From Phoronis australis (Eukaryota > Animalia > Phoronida), in the NCBI GenBank assembly GCA_002633005.1, contig NMRA01000195.1, positions 537,628 to 601,627 of the forward strand: a stretch of DNA of 64,000 bases. Reading direction: 5' to 3'. This document shows positions 22,380 to 35,030 of the stretch, one piece after another. Positions within the stretch are counted from its first letter, which is position 1; each line of letters opens with the position of its first letter. Under the pieces are notes generated by a model. That model saw only the letters and a list, made by a program, of their open reading frames with translations, was not told the origin of the DNA and did no database searches. Made by a program: the position numbers and the translations under genes.

Positions 22380-23280
22380 GTCTAATATGTCACACAGTTT
22401 CAACAGAATTACGTGGTTGCGATTTCTGGGGCTGGCACACACAAACCAGAAACCAGACAGAGTTTTGTCTCTCATAGGTCATTTAGTAACCAATAATTTC
22501 TATTTGAATCACATGGAGTTGTTTATTGTGCATGAGCTAACTCCTTTTTGGGCGTCGTTTTTGAATTTCTGGCGGACCCTTCCCAGAGGACAATTTGCCT
22601 GTGATTCGGTGCTCATTGTGGCACTATTGTTGACTTTTTAAAACCGACTTAAAAGTCGGTCTTAGATGGCACCTCGAATGTCTAATGTAGTTCAAACTTT
22701 CAATGACATACCCTGATTGAGGTTTTTGGGGATTTCTGGCAGGCACAACCCAAAGTGTATTTTGTCTGTCATAGGACATTTAGTGACCAGTCACGTGTAT
22801 TCATTCAGGTGGAATTTAATTTGGGTGGTACCTAGAATGTATGAGCTAAATCATTGTTAGGGAGGTCCTTTTTGGGTTTCATGTGAACACTTTACAGAGT
22901 ACTATTTGTCTGTCGTGGGTCACTCGGTGTTCAGTGCGGTACTATCGTTTTAAATCAGTTTTAGCTGGTATCTCGAATATCCAGTCTAGCTCAAATTTCA
23001 ATGGCATACGGCGGTTGACATTTCTGAGGGTTTCTGGAGGCACAACAAAGACCGTATTTCGTCTCTCATGGAGCATTTAGTGATCATTGACATGTATTGA
23101 ATCATGTGGAATTGGTTTTTGTGGTACCTTAAATGTTTGATCTAGCTCATTTTGTGGGATTTTTGGGGGGTTTCTGGCGGACCCTTTCCAGAGTGCAACT
23201 GCCATGGGTCATTCGGTGTTCACTGCAGTACTGTTGTTCGTTTTAAATCAGTTTAGCTGGCACCTCGATTATCCAATTTA
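22380..23280. repeat. Diverged tandem repeat, three units of ~300 bp
   Basis: TTTGTCT(C/G)TCAT(A/G)G...CATTTAGT, TTCGGTG(C/T)TCA and CTGG(C/T)A(C/T)CTCGA recur at ~300-nt spacing (units start near 22381, 22681, 22981). The array is followed by a CCCCT|TTAA Kolobok-like end at ~23300. Confidence 0.7.
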
Positions 23281-24139
23281 ACTTATTTTTGGCCCCCTTT
23301 AAAAGGTCCCCAGGGGTCGCATCCAGAGTGCAGACAACGGCAGACAGCCATTTCCGTATAAAGGTAACGAGGAGGACTCTAATTAAGTGCTCCTATGGTC
23401 AGTTGTTGGTACCTCGTTCACCTATGCTAAGTGCTCTGGACTGTCAGTCTATTCGTGCGCCTACGCCCCACTCGAACGTAATTTACAGTGCGTAAGAGCT
23501 ACGTTCAAATGCCAAAAGGTGGTTGGCTGCACCTACGTGCGCGTACGCCCCACTACAGCACTGGCTTTTACTAGATCAGCTGTTCTGTGCAAGCTGCTTC
23601 ATGTGAGCTCTCTGTCGTGTAAACGCACCGCCTGAGCATGTCATATTTCCAATCAATTGTGTGTTAAAGGAAACTACATACCTGTTTCTAAAGAGCATCT
23701 GTAGAGACTGCATAATCTGCATAATCAAAATCTCAGCTGTGACACCTGATATACATGTAGTCCACCATACCGTCACTGAATTTGTAATCTAAGTAACTTT
23801 CAATGAGATACAAGTTAGCATCGTATCTGAATCGATGGCTCACATCACAATAAAACGTAAGCTTGCAATCATTAACAGCTCGTCATAGTATGATTAATAG
23901 GTTGCTTGTTGTAGGTAACATCACTATTATATGGGTCAACCAAACCACTCTCGCCCTGTGCTTTACAACCAGCCGTTGGCAATAAATTTCTTTGAATGTT
24001 GAGAAATGGCTGATATGTCAAACAATTAGCGGATTTCATTTTCTCTGAGGAAAGATTTTCATTTTATTCATAACTAAGAAGTATCCTGAAATTTGAAAGC
24101 AGGCGTTCTAGAGTATTTCAGATTTCTCATTACAAGTTT

Positions 24140-24260
24140 ATTTATTTATTAATATTTGTTATTGTAATATTTACAATGAGGGTAGCATCATCACTTCTCA
24201 CTGCTTTCCGTTGGAGCCCTCAGTAAAAACATACAAAGACAGTAAGACAAACCAACAGAA
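24140..24260 (-). mobile_element. 3' terminus of a CR1/L2-group LINE or SINE
   Basis: Minus strand TGAGGGCTCC...GCTACCCTCA stem followed by a (TAAA)n tail. Confidence 0.45.
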
Positions 24261-24349
24261 TTACAAAACAAAACGTATGATTCAAATGACCAATGATGAA
24301 TGTGAAACCAACATGGAAAGGTTGGTGAAACAAAATAAATAATGAAAAC

Positions 24350-25913
24350 TACGGTGGCCCGAAAGTATCATCGCTACTTTTGTTTAAATATTTTTTCATT
24401 TTTCATTTTCCACCTAGGTGAAAATAATTCAACCTAGGTGGAAACTATTTTCACCTGGTTGGAAACTATTTTCACCTGGGTGGAAACTATTTTCACCTGG
24501 GTGGAAACTATTTTCACCTGGGTGGAAACTATTTTCAACCGGGTGGAAACTATTTCAACCTAGGTGGAAATTATTTTCACCCGGGTGGAAATTATTTCAA
24601 CCTAGGTGAAAATTATTTTCACCCGGGTGGAAATTATTTTCATGCTTGTACGTCGTTTGGTTTACGTGGCGTCATCTACTTGCGCTAGGAACAAGTCATG
24701 TGTGAAGCCATAGCTGCACACCCTTTTGTAGCACTCTAAAAACAATGCTCTTTGTTTTGTTTATTCATGTCAATCGGTTAGATCATTCTGCCACCACATG
24801 TCTGCAGACATATGTGTTAGAGTGTTAGCATATACAGGACAATCTGTGCAAGGAATTTCGCTTGACCACCCCCCGCGAAAACGTTACTGATTGGGAAATT
24901 TTTTTTGCTTTATCTGGACTGTACCTTACAATATAATTTAATCTTGAATACTTTGTACTGTTATACGCTGGTTACTGAAGGTGATTGTCATTGCAATGGT
25001 CATACACAAATACGTATTTTAATGAGAAATTATGTGTTTTATGACACTATTGGTTAGTGACATTTCTGATACTGCTGACAATTATACTCTAATTAGAAAC
25101 AATGTTAAGTAATTTTTAAGACTGGTGTATAATTCATTAATCATGCTAGTTGTTTACCATAATTTGTATCCCGTTCTTGTGAATCCATAAGATGTGATTC
25201 ACCATACGTCTTTTACCATTTGTGGGATATTAATAATACTATCTGTGCCTTTTGTTGCTAGTTGTGTAACTTTAAGTCTTTGAAACCTGTCAGCACGGGA
25301 AGGGTGAGGCTTTTGGACAACAACAATAATATGTCATTTATTTATCGGAAATTTCTCAACGTTCTACACCATACACTATATTTGTTAATGGCTTGGGTTC
25401 GTTGCTGAAATCCGGCAACTTTTTTCAGAGAGTTGTTTTGGAACTAGGAGTAATACGTAATCACTCTGTCTCTGTTAAAGTCCGCGGCAAATCCAAGAGG
25501 CAGATAAGGCGCCGACATTGCAACCTAATCTGAACTTTTTTGAACAAAATGGCTGACCCAATCGACCTTCACCTACAAGACTTCATCCAATCACAACACA
25601 GATGAAAATAGCTGCCCGGACGTATAACATTTTCACCCAGGTGAAAAAAATTTCCACCCGGGTGAAAATAATTTCCACCTAGGTTGAAATATTTTCCACC
25701 CGGGTGAAAATAATTTCCACCTAGGTTGAAATAGTTTCCACCCGGGTGAAAATAATTTCCACCCGGGTGAAAATAATTTCCACCTAGGTTGAAATAATTT
25801 CCACCCGGGTGAAAATAATTTCCACCTAGGTTGAAATATTTCATCCTAGGTGGAAAAGGAAAAATAAAAAAATTAATAAACTAAAATAGCGATGATACTT
25901 TCGGGCCACCGTA
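24350..25913. mobile_element. IS3EU-like non-autonomous DNA transposon with long repeat-built inverted arms
   Basis: TIR TACGGTGGCCCGAAAGTATCATCGCTA at both ends, 6-bp TSD GAAAAC (24344-49, 25914-19). Subterminal arrays of a 21-nt unit (GGGTGGAAA(C/T)TATTTTCACC) at 24411-24642 and inverted at 25630-25857. TAYGG ends with a 6-bp TSD are, as I recall, the IS3EU signature. Confidence 0.8.
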
Positions 25914-25971
25914 GAAAACAGTAAACAGAAAATTCTAAAAGTAAGACAACATGATTCAATAAAACAAAAAT

Positions 25972-26130
25972 TGTGTGTGTGTGTGTCTGTGTGTGTGTGT
26001 ATGTACACACATCTATACACACATACATATAAACATGCATACATGCATGCACACATACAACAAATACATAAATACACACATACGGCATACACACGCACGC
26101 ACGCACGCACACACACACACACACACACAC
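25972..26130. repeat. Compound microsatellite, (TG)n followed by (CA)n/(CACG)n
   Basis: Directly visible. Confidence 0.95.
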
Positions 26131-26741
26131 ATATTTATATGAATAAAATACATTGTCTAGTCTAAGGAGTTTGAAGGCATTTTTGCTACAAAGAACACAT
26201 CTAATTAAATTGATTTCTGATTATTCTTTTAAAACTTATTGAGGATGATGCAGATGACACGATATCTCTGACCTTTCATTACCTATATTTCACATTTCGT
26301 ACAAACAGCTAAAAAATAATGTACGTGGTCGTAGTCAAGGATAATGTTAGCTGGTATTCTGAAGTTGCCGGCTACATGACTTCGCGATTACATCAAATGC
26401 ATCCTTCACACAACTCCGTCTCCCCCGCTCCACAACAGACCTTCGTTGCGCCCGTTTCGGCACCGCCTTTGTCCCAGAATATGCACGGCCGGGCCTCTAC
26501 TTAGATTCGAGGTGTTCTATTTTTTCTCGCGGGCCGTTTTTTCGCAGATGCCGAGGAAGGATGAACAGTTTCGTGCTTGCCTTGGTGACGTCTGTCCGTC
26601 TGCTGAACGACCAGGGTGAAGTCAGTCCGTCGGCTAATTTCAGTCCCTGCAGACTAACTTTTCCTTGAGTAAATTTAATTATTTACCGATGTTGGAAAAT
26701 TTAGCATGTTTCATTTCCGGCAAGTACGTCGTCTGCTCATG

Positions 26742-27162
26742 AGTCCAGTTTAGACATCAACATTTGATCCAGCGCAACTGACAAGGAGCAACTTGATCGG
26801 CGTCAAGTGGCCGTTTACACACGCAATTTCACTAACTGTGGATAGACAGAAGTTGTACGCTGCAGAGTGGAATGCACATGTGCAGATTTTCAAATACAGG
26901 GAGTTGCAGAGACAGAAAACCCGTATGTATGTCTTTGCACAAGGGCAGTAGAGATGATCCTTTCCGCCTTGCCCCAGTTTCGCGTTTAGACATATAATTG
27001 ACATGGAGCAAGATGTTCGAGCGCAAATTGTTCTACCTCACAAACGGGTAGCAAAAGTTGTCACCGCGCAGTCAATTTGCTCCGTCCCAGTAACGTTTAC
27101 ACACAGGAACATCTCGTTCCGAATCAGCTGATCCGTGTCAACGTTTGTAGTGTAAACGGCAC
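26742..27162. mobile_element. Possible Harbinger-type MITE
   Basis: Recurrent GTTTACAC/GTTTAGAC motifs, with GGCCGTTTACAC (26809) inverted against GTGTAAACGGCAC (27150-27162). Boundaries uncertain. Confidence 0.35.
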
Positions 27163-28999
27163 TATCGTCGGCTGTTGTGAGGTCGGGTGAAGGTAGCATT
27201 TCTAAAAGTACTCACGATACCAACAGCGTTTCAATGCCGAAATTATTTTTCCGTTGTACGGGACAGTAAAATAGATGCGAGAATTACCTGTCACAATACA
27301 CTTAACGGAAACCGAAACAGACAATTCAGGTGAGTGTTGTCTCCTCTGGGATACTACGCAAGAAAATTTTGGAGTTGTGAATCTGTAGTCTATAATCTAT
27401 GGTGTCACGAACGTACGGTTTTTAAAACAACGACAGACTTTTCTTTGTTACACAAGGCGGAGAATTAGGCAAAGGTGACGTTTATTAGATTTTTTTCACT
27501 TCAACAGCTGTAACGGACAACGTGAGTGTCGGTTGATTCTCAGATTTGTTTGCTCTACATGCTGATAGTCACGACGAGGTGACGAGCTGAGCACCGGGGT
27601 TGTGTGAAATTTCAGTGTCTAACGGAGCTCAACATACAGCTACCTAGCTGAAGACAACAGTATAAATTAAAATTTATACAGCTTGCTGGCTTTGTACGTA
27701 CCTTTACATGATGTGACATTTGAAGTACACTTCGTGTATAATTGATTATTTTTTAATGTTTTCACTTTAACGAATAGCTGATCTACCGACGAGCTATATA
27801 CATGATTATTTTTATCTCATTGTGATCTACCGGACCGTTACGTCAGGTTCAAGTGTTCTGTAAAGAAATTTGCACTGCCTGCCTCCCGCAACCGCACACC
27901 CTGCCTAAATCTGACAGAAGCTCTGTCTGAAGCTTAAACATAAAACAGTCTATTCAAGAAATGTTCCTGTCTCTTGCCATGAACAATGTTCACTTGAAGG
28001 TGTAGTTATTTCCTTTTTGCCTTTCGCATATACTACCTGCACGGGTAACAGCTGGTAAGTTGTTATAAAATGCGTTTACAAATTACTCCCCACTCACCCT
28101 GATCACATGCCTTGCGTTCAATAGCACAATCCCGCGAAGCGCTTCGAAGCGCTTGCCTAATTGAACGCAAGGCTGCTGACAGCAAATTACCAAGCAAGGT
28201 CTGTAAACTTATTTTCGTGGCATGTTGCGGCACCATTTACTCGAGTTTTCCACTGAAGCACTGTTTGCATTCATTGCACAATAATTAATAGTGGCTGAAC
28301 TTACCTGCTTATGTCAACCAGGTCGTGAAATTAAGCGATAACGACAGTGAACGTTTCTTTTCATGACACGTTGCGCGCAGGCGCATTGTAAGCCTGACTA
28401 ACTGGCACGCCCTAACCTTTCTGGTTGCAAGAGTAAGGCTCTTAAACGAAGATAAATCTTTATACACAACGATGACTATCAGCTCTATGTTCCCGAGATG
28501 AGACGAAATTTGTAATACCAGAAATAAGGATGACGTGACGGTTGCTCGCAAAGAACGGAACTCAAATTCGGACGTAGTGTGGTCCAAAAAGAGAACGTTC
28601 TCGCGTTAACTCCTGCCAAACTTTTAAATAAGGCGTGTTTAATGAGTGATTAAACTTCATTACATACTCGGACTGAAATATTTTGTCTGAAAATGACTTG
28701 ACGATATTTTTGTCTCATAACGTGGTTGTACTTTTGCGTGTTACTTAAGTTGCTTACATGGCTGCACACTATTCCGGAAGTTCAATACTTGAAGGTTTAT
28801 TACTCCGTAGGCGGATTTAGGGGGCCCTTTGTTGTAGAAGATTTTAGTGCTGCCTCTAGCGGCAGTGTACGTAGTTGTGACAGCCATATGAGTTTGTGAT
28901 AGAACTGCTGTCGAAGACTTGGAGAAAAATATAACATAAAAATAGACTGTGAATCTTAGTATTATTATTTATGATCACCGTCGGACCAAAAACTTCGAG

Positions 29000-31900
29000 G
29001 AATGCATGTTATTTATTTCAGGTAAAAAGGCCACTGGTCCATATTACAGAGCATAAATGCAAATATGTACATATGAGCACACATTCTACCATTTCGCTAC
29101 TTTAAAAAGTAGATTGATGTCTTTCTTCAGATTTTTAATAAATATTTACACAGGTGTTTAAATCTTTTATGCTGTTGGATACACTGATAAGAAATACATT
29201 TCATTTTCAACAACATTTAAGTCACAATAAATGCACACCCTTTGTGACCATACAGGACCCGTTCTTCCACCTGCTGTTGACATTGATCTGGATTGGGCAC
29301 ATCTGAATCCGGCCAAGCTCGATAAGTGAACAACGTTTCCATTATGAAATACATAATGTTCTATCATTGGATCATTTTTTAAAGACAGGTGTACATCGAG
29401 ACTGGTCTGCTCCAACAGTTCTCCATTCCAGTGCTTTATTCCATGTCTTTACACTCATTTTGAAAGTCCTTGATTAATCCACACAAACCCAAAATCAGTC
29501 GAGCACAACATGTGTTTTATCCTTAAACGCCGTTCATCTCTCCCATTTTCAGCGAATTCCTATTGTATAGCTTAACATGCTTTGGTGCATCTATTATGTT
29601 GAAACTTTATAAGTTATAATTCCTAAACAAAATTTAATTTGATAACCACCATTTCTAAGTACTATTATTTTCGTTTTACTGTTATTTAGTGTCAATTTCC
29701 ATTTTTGCCTGTACCTTTCTAATTGGCCAATTAATTTCTGCATTGATATTGCAGAGATAGCAAACATCACTAGATCATCAGCACAATCTAGCTCATAAAA
29801 ATTTAATAGGTCAAGGTCGTTGGAGGTAAATATAAAACGAAAAAGTGATAGTTAGCAACCCTGGCCTCTCACCCAGTGTACATTCAAAAATCTGTTACGC
29901 AACCCTCATAACCTACTTTTACACAGGATATCACGCTTTCGTACGTGTATTGAAGAATTCTAAGCATTTTGCTTTTAAAACCGTACCTTACCAACTTGCA
30001 TCGCAGTCTGGCACACCAGACCTAATCAAAAGCCTTTTTAAAATGTACAAATCATACTGTGAATTTTACCTCTTTGTCTAGAAATAGACTTAGTAATTAG
30101 AGAGTTCAATACAAATGTATGTTAACTGTAGAGTAGCCCCCTCGGAAACCAGTCTGTGCTTCATTCACAATCTCATATGTATTTGACCATTCAGTTAATT
30201 TTTTACATAATGTCTTTGTACATATTTCTTGCGGAACAGTCATTCCTTTGTAGTTTATCGGGTCATACGTTCCGGTATCCAACATGTACATAATATCTTG
30301 GTACATATTTCATGCGAAACAGTCATTCCTAGGTAGTTTATCGGGCCCTATATTCCGGTATCCAACATGTACATAATATTTTGGGTACATATTTCTTGCG
30401 GAACAGTCATTCCTATGTAGTTTATCGGGTCATATATTCCGGTATCCAACATGTACATAATATTTTGGGTACATATTTGTTGCGGAACAGTCATTCCTAC
30501 GTACTTTATCGGGCCATATATTCCGGTATTCAACATGCACTTAAAAAGCAATGTCAAAACGCGAATAAAAGGCGGTGTATAAAATTTAAAATACTCCAAT
30601 GGTATTTCTTCACAGCCAAGTTCCATATTGTTGACACTATGGGTAATTTCATTTACAGAAGTAGTATGTTTGCCCAATAAATATTCAGTATCTTCCTATA
30701 AATTATTTCAGTCATGTTGATTAAGAAATTAACATTTCCTTGGAGAGTCAATCCCGCAGTATCCGAGTCAACAGATATGAATGCGTCATTCTTCATTTGA
30801 CTTATTTAGACGTTTTGCTTTTTCCTCGGGTTTCAGCATGCATTTTCCAAAACTTCCTTCCGTTATTTTATTTGACGCGTGGTTTTCTCGTTCAGAAGCT
30901 TTTTATTTTTATTTTTATTTTGATGTGACTGCTTTTCGTAGACTTCATTTTATTCTCTGTAAAGAGAAAAATTGTGAACCGAAGAGCAACATCTGTATGC
31001 TCTCAAAAAAATTCAAACCAAATGTTTATGTTCACGACATTTATCGTTTTGGGTTATTTTCGGGAGCGCCAAGGGGTCGTATACATGCTAGCTTGGACTG
31101 CGTTGTGTCCGATTACATTTAACGGTTTGAAGTTCCATCCACTTGATCATTTCTCAGTATTATCATCTATGAGCGCAAGCTGTGTTACACGTTTAGTGGA
31201 TCTCAATTCTCCTATATATTGCGCTCTATGAGCATCTTTCCATTTTAACTTGTCCTATTTTATTTCCGACAGGATCAATAACATTGCGATCATGACCGAT
31301 ACTATATAGTGGAAACAGCTCCAATGCTGAACTTGAACTCAAGAGGATACTGATCCCAATCTACGTGTTCCCCAACTACAAACTGGAGACAATAATAATA
31401 AGGGCCCAGACACGACCACTTAATCTACTACACTCTGATCATTTTGGCTATGAACGATGCGGGACCTGCACCTCATCGTTACCCGCCCTTCCATTTACAA
31501 TGCTCGATTGCGCTTGTTTGGATAACAGCAATAATTCTAAACTAGATTTGTCGTAGCCAACGTGCCCATGTTACATCCATACCTCATTGGTACTGAACTA
31601 AGCATCCTCGTCAGAACTACCAAAGTCACGGAGATTTGCGTGTGCATTAAAATCGCCGAAAATTAAAACATTAAAGTCCGGATCGTTTGCTTTACAGCCT
31701 AACGCAAATTTTTCCGATTTTTCAAATACAGATTTATAGGCATACTTTGAGTTGATAAGTGGCATATCCACATTACGCACAAGAATTAAAGCCTTATTTC
31801 CTTCAACCTGTGCATTTATAACCAACAAATCTTCATATATTGTATACACCGATGATAAACAAGACGGAACACTACATGTACGTCTTTTTAAAACATGGTT

Positions 31901-32000
31901 TGACACCAAAACAACTGCTTTTCAACACAGGGAAAAAGTTGTGTTATTGCAATGAGCTCACTGGCTATAGGCAGTCACTCCTCCAAAATGTTGCTTTCTT
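29000..32000 (-). mobile_element. Highly decayed RTE-X-like LINE
   Basis: APE fragment VLIFGDFNA (31598-31909), RT fragments EIVNEAQTGFRGGYSTV (30106-30306), C-terminal RVCIYCDLNVVENEMYFL (29167-29415). The 3' end motif TGTAATATGGACC...TGAAATAAA is shared with the copy ending at 38960. Confidence 0.75.
30200..30540 (-). repeat. Tandem repeat of ~84 nt x4 inside the LINE RT region
   Basis: TCCGGTAT(C/T)CAACATG recurs at 30271, 30354, 30438 and 30522. The unit translates MYMLDTGIYDPINYIGMTVPQEICTQNI. Confidence 0.9.
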
Positions 32001-32164
32001 CATAAGATAATTCTTTCCAATTCCATTTGTTGGCAAAACTCAATTGTTTTTTGCCAGCGAGATGTTTAGTCCAGTGTGTCAAAGATAATAAGCCCAATAT
32101 AAAATACTGCAGTTTTTATTTTTTTTTTACTTTCAGCAGTGAGTAGAAAAGACGTGACCTTTTA

Positions 32165-34573
32165 CCGTAATCGTTCGGGTTAACGCCCATGCTCAGTAAA
32201 CCGCCCATCCCCGACTTTAAGTGGATTTTCGATTTAACCGCCCACTGCTCAGTTAACCGCCCCCCTGCGATTTTTGAAGATTTCCAGTTAAGCGCCCACC
32301 TCTCGGTTAAGGGCCCATCACCGACTTTTAAAGAATGAAGATTTAGCGCCTAGTGCTAAGGAAACGCGCGATTCCCCGACTTTTAGAAAAAGATCGATGA
32401 TCACAATGAGTGCAACGACGCCGGGACTCCGAGACGGTGGTTTATAAATCTGAATTACAATACAGGTAACGAGTTATTGTCTTGGGTCATGAACTCACTT
32501 CAAAATATAATACTTGAACCTTTTTGTCACTTTATTTTCTTCCCTTGTTTGCAAAGTTTAAGAACGCCGCCGGCGTCAAAACCTCCGCTTTCAGCGACTT
32601 TGTCTGCCGCGCTGAGTTTCCGTCTGCAGTGCACTAGATAAAACATATATTCGAAAAAATCAGGCCAGAGAAATGTGACAATGGTTTTGCCAACCCTCCA
32701 AATTCTATTAAGGTGGGAAGCTCTCGTATTTTGAACAAATCTCACAACTCACGGAAAGATGTCAAATTCTCAATATTTTGATGAATATAACTGCCGGGTT
32801 ATAGAGGGTGTGGGGCGACCGAAGGGACAGTACAAGTGCCTTACTGGGTTACCGATTTCGTTGCTGCCTGTCGATTTCTGAATTCAAACGTTGGCAATAA
32901 TGTATGTTTGTGTATGATCTTGAAGTAATAAAAAACGGCTAGTCAAATTTTGTTTTTCGCTTATTGCATCTCAGTCAAACTGGTTAGCAGATTTAACTAA
33001 TGTCGCTGGCTGTTCTTTACTATTTCTTGCGTCAGCCCCCACGTAAGCGTGACTGTGTGAATTATCGTTTCCACATCCCCTTTTTAGCCATCCAGAATAA
33101 TTTTGTTTATACATTGGCCATTTTCAGCCTGAACAAAAATTCTTACCATTCGAGTCTGAAATATCTACGACGTAGACTGCTTGACGATAGTGGGTAGGAG
33201 ATTCACGCAGCTAGTTACAGGGATGGGCTTAGGGAGCATCGAGCCGGGAAATATGGGAATAGACTTGACATCGCAGTTTTGGGGAACATTGGCAACGGAG
33301 GAATATCGTAAAGAACTGGGTCTTTCGTAACAACAGCTTAAAAGTACATAGTCACGCCCGTTTTTGTTACTTCGTCGGACTGTCGCTATGTGTGACTGAT
33401 TTGTAGTGGTGCACGTGCGCAAGTTCCCACACTTTGGAGTGCATGTTACCTTGACACCAACATGTGATTGACAGATGACTCACATGTAGGCCCTACGTGC
33501 GTGCTGAATACCGCCACTACCTTTGGCCATAAAAAACGAGATGCATATTGAAAGATGCCGTTATATTACTTGACGGCATTTCCAAGTCACGATTGTCAGC
33601 CGACTGAGACTTTGCGCGATAACAGCGGGACCGAACAGTGCCGCAGTGCGAAATTACAAGTGATATAAATAGGATAATCTGGACATCTTGCATGAAAAAT
33701 AACTGTTTTTCCATCACGAAGTTTGGTAAGGTGATCGTTTAGAATAATGAATTGAAACATTGCTGTTTTCTGACATTTTGTAACATATTTATGCAGTTGC
33801 TTGAAATTTTATTTTTGATCGACGACTGGCTCGACCACCCCCGATCCTTGTCTTACTTCTTTGCATAGCATGTTTGGCGCAACGGCAAGAGAGCAATGCC
33901 GGGCTGTCGAGATAAGACAGCTATCCGCAGAACCATAAGCTGAAAATGTCATTGAGTCACGGAGTGTCGACTATAACATCCCAAACACAAAAAACAGCAG
34001 AGTTGAGTTTTTCAAACTTTTATTACAACCAATTTTAAAACTGCTCTCTGACTCGGAACTTGACAGCTACATATACAGTACGAGACTAACCATAAATTTG
34101 ATGTCTGACCTCTGCAACACGTGAAGCTTGCACGCGCGCACTTAAGCAGGGTCACATCTTGAAACAGTTTTAATGCTGGTGGAGGCTGCGTGGTGACTGG
34201 TCGTCTGCGCACCGCAGGACGGCACGGGGCTATTACTCAGCAATATTTTGTAAATTTAATAGTGAATGACTAATCTGAGGGCAAGAGAACCTTTGTTGGG
34301 ATCATCCGCTGTTATGACGTTTTCACAGTCATTTGGCGACGTGACGATAAAGCTATTTGAAAAGGGCTACGCGTTCCGAGTATGATTGTCGTGTCGGGAT
34401 TTAGAACTCCAGGTAAGATTAACCGCCCAGGGCGGATGTCTGTCGTAATAAGCGCCCATCCCCTACTTTAGGTGGATTTTCGATTTAACCGCCCACTGCT
34501 CGGTTAACCGCCCTCCCCCGATTTTTGGATTCGCCAATTTAACCGCCCTGGGCGTTAACCCGAACGATTACGG
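32165..34573. mobile_element. Non-autonomous Tc1/mariner-superfamily (pogo/Tc2-like) element
   Basis: TA|CCGTAATCGTTCGGGTTAACGCCCA ... GGCGTTAACCCGAACGATTACGG|TA. Subterminal repeats of the AA(C/G)CGCCC motif at both ends. No transposase ORF. Confidence 0.85.
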
Positions 34574-34799
34574 TAATTGAACCACATGTATAATTGAAAT
34601 TTGAGTGGAGGTGACAATCTCAATGTTTACAAGAATACTTGAAATGGAAGTCTTCTGAACTCGGTTTTCAACTGTACAGGGCTTTTTAAATTCATGTGTT
34701 GATCTATTGAAATAATAATACACCCAAGGCATCAAGAAAGGTTCCGTGAAGGTGCCAGTGAACATATTGGTAGTATAGTTAGCTGTTTAGGCGCCCTAT

Positions 34800-35030
34800 C
34801 AAAGGTCATAGGTGAAAGGTCAAAGGTCACGTGCTATGGGTGCAACTGGAAGGGACATCATCTGCCAACCAAAAGGAAGTGACGATAACGTCCTAGGTCA
34901 TGACGTAATAGGACCTTTTACGTAATGACCTCTATCCAAGGTCAAGGTCATGCGTGTAACTGGAAGATGTCGGTAAACTGGAAGGAAAACAAGGTCGAGT
35001 CGGTAGTCACATGACTGCTGACATCATCAG
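34800..35030. promoter_or_regulatory. Dense cluster of nuclear-receptor half-sites plus CRE/E-box/ETS-like motifs
   Basis: AGGTCA-t-AGGTGA-a-AGGTCA-a-AGGTCA (34803-34829), further AGGTCA at 34895, 34939 and 34945, TGACCT at 34926, plus TGACGTAA, CACGTG and GGAAGTG. The motifs are visible; function is untested. Confidence 0.4.

Noticed and set aside
24418-25844. ORFs with PGWKLFS / GGNYFHP heptad repeats
   Set aside because: They are translations of the 21-nt subterminal repeats of the IS3EU-like element, not genes.
25841-26165. Cys/Val- and His/Thr-rich ORFs
   Set aside because: Microsatellite translation artefacts.
27180-27340. Possible divergent first exons (GTGAGT donors on both strands)
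   Set aside because: No downstream coding exons or other support were found; splice-like hexamers alone are insufficient.
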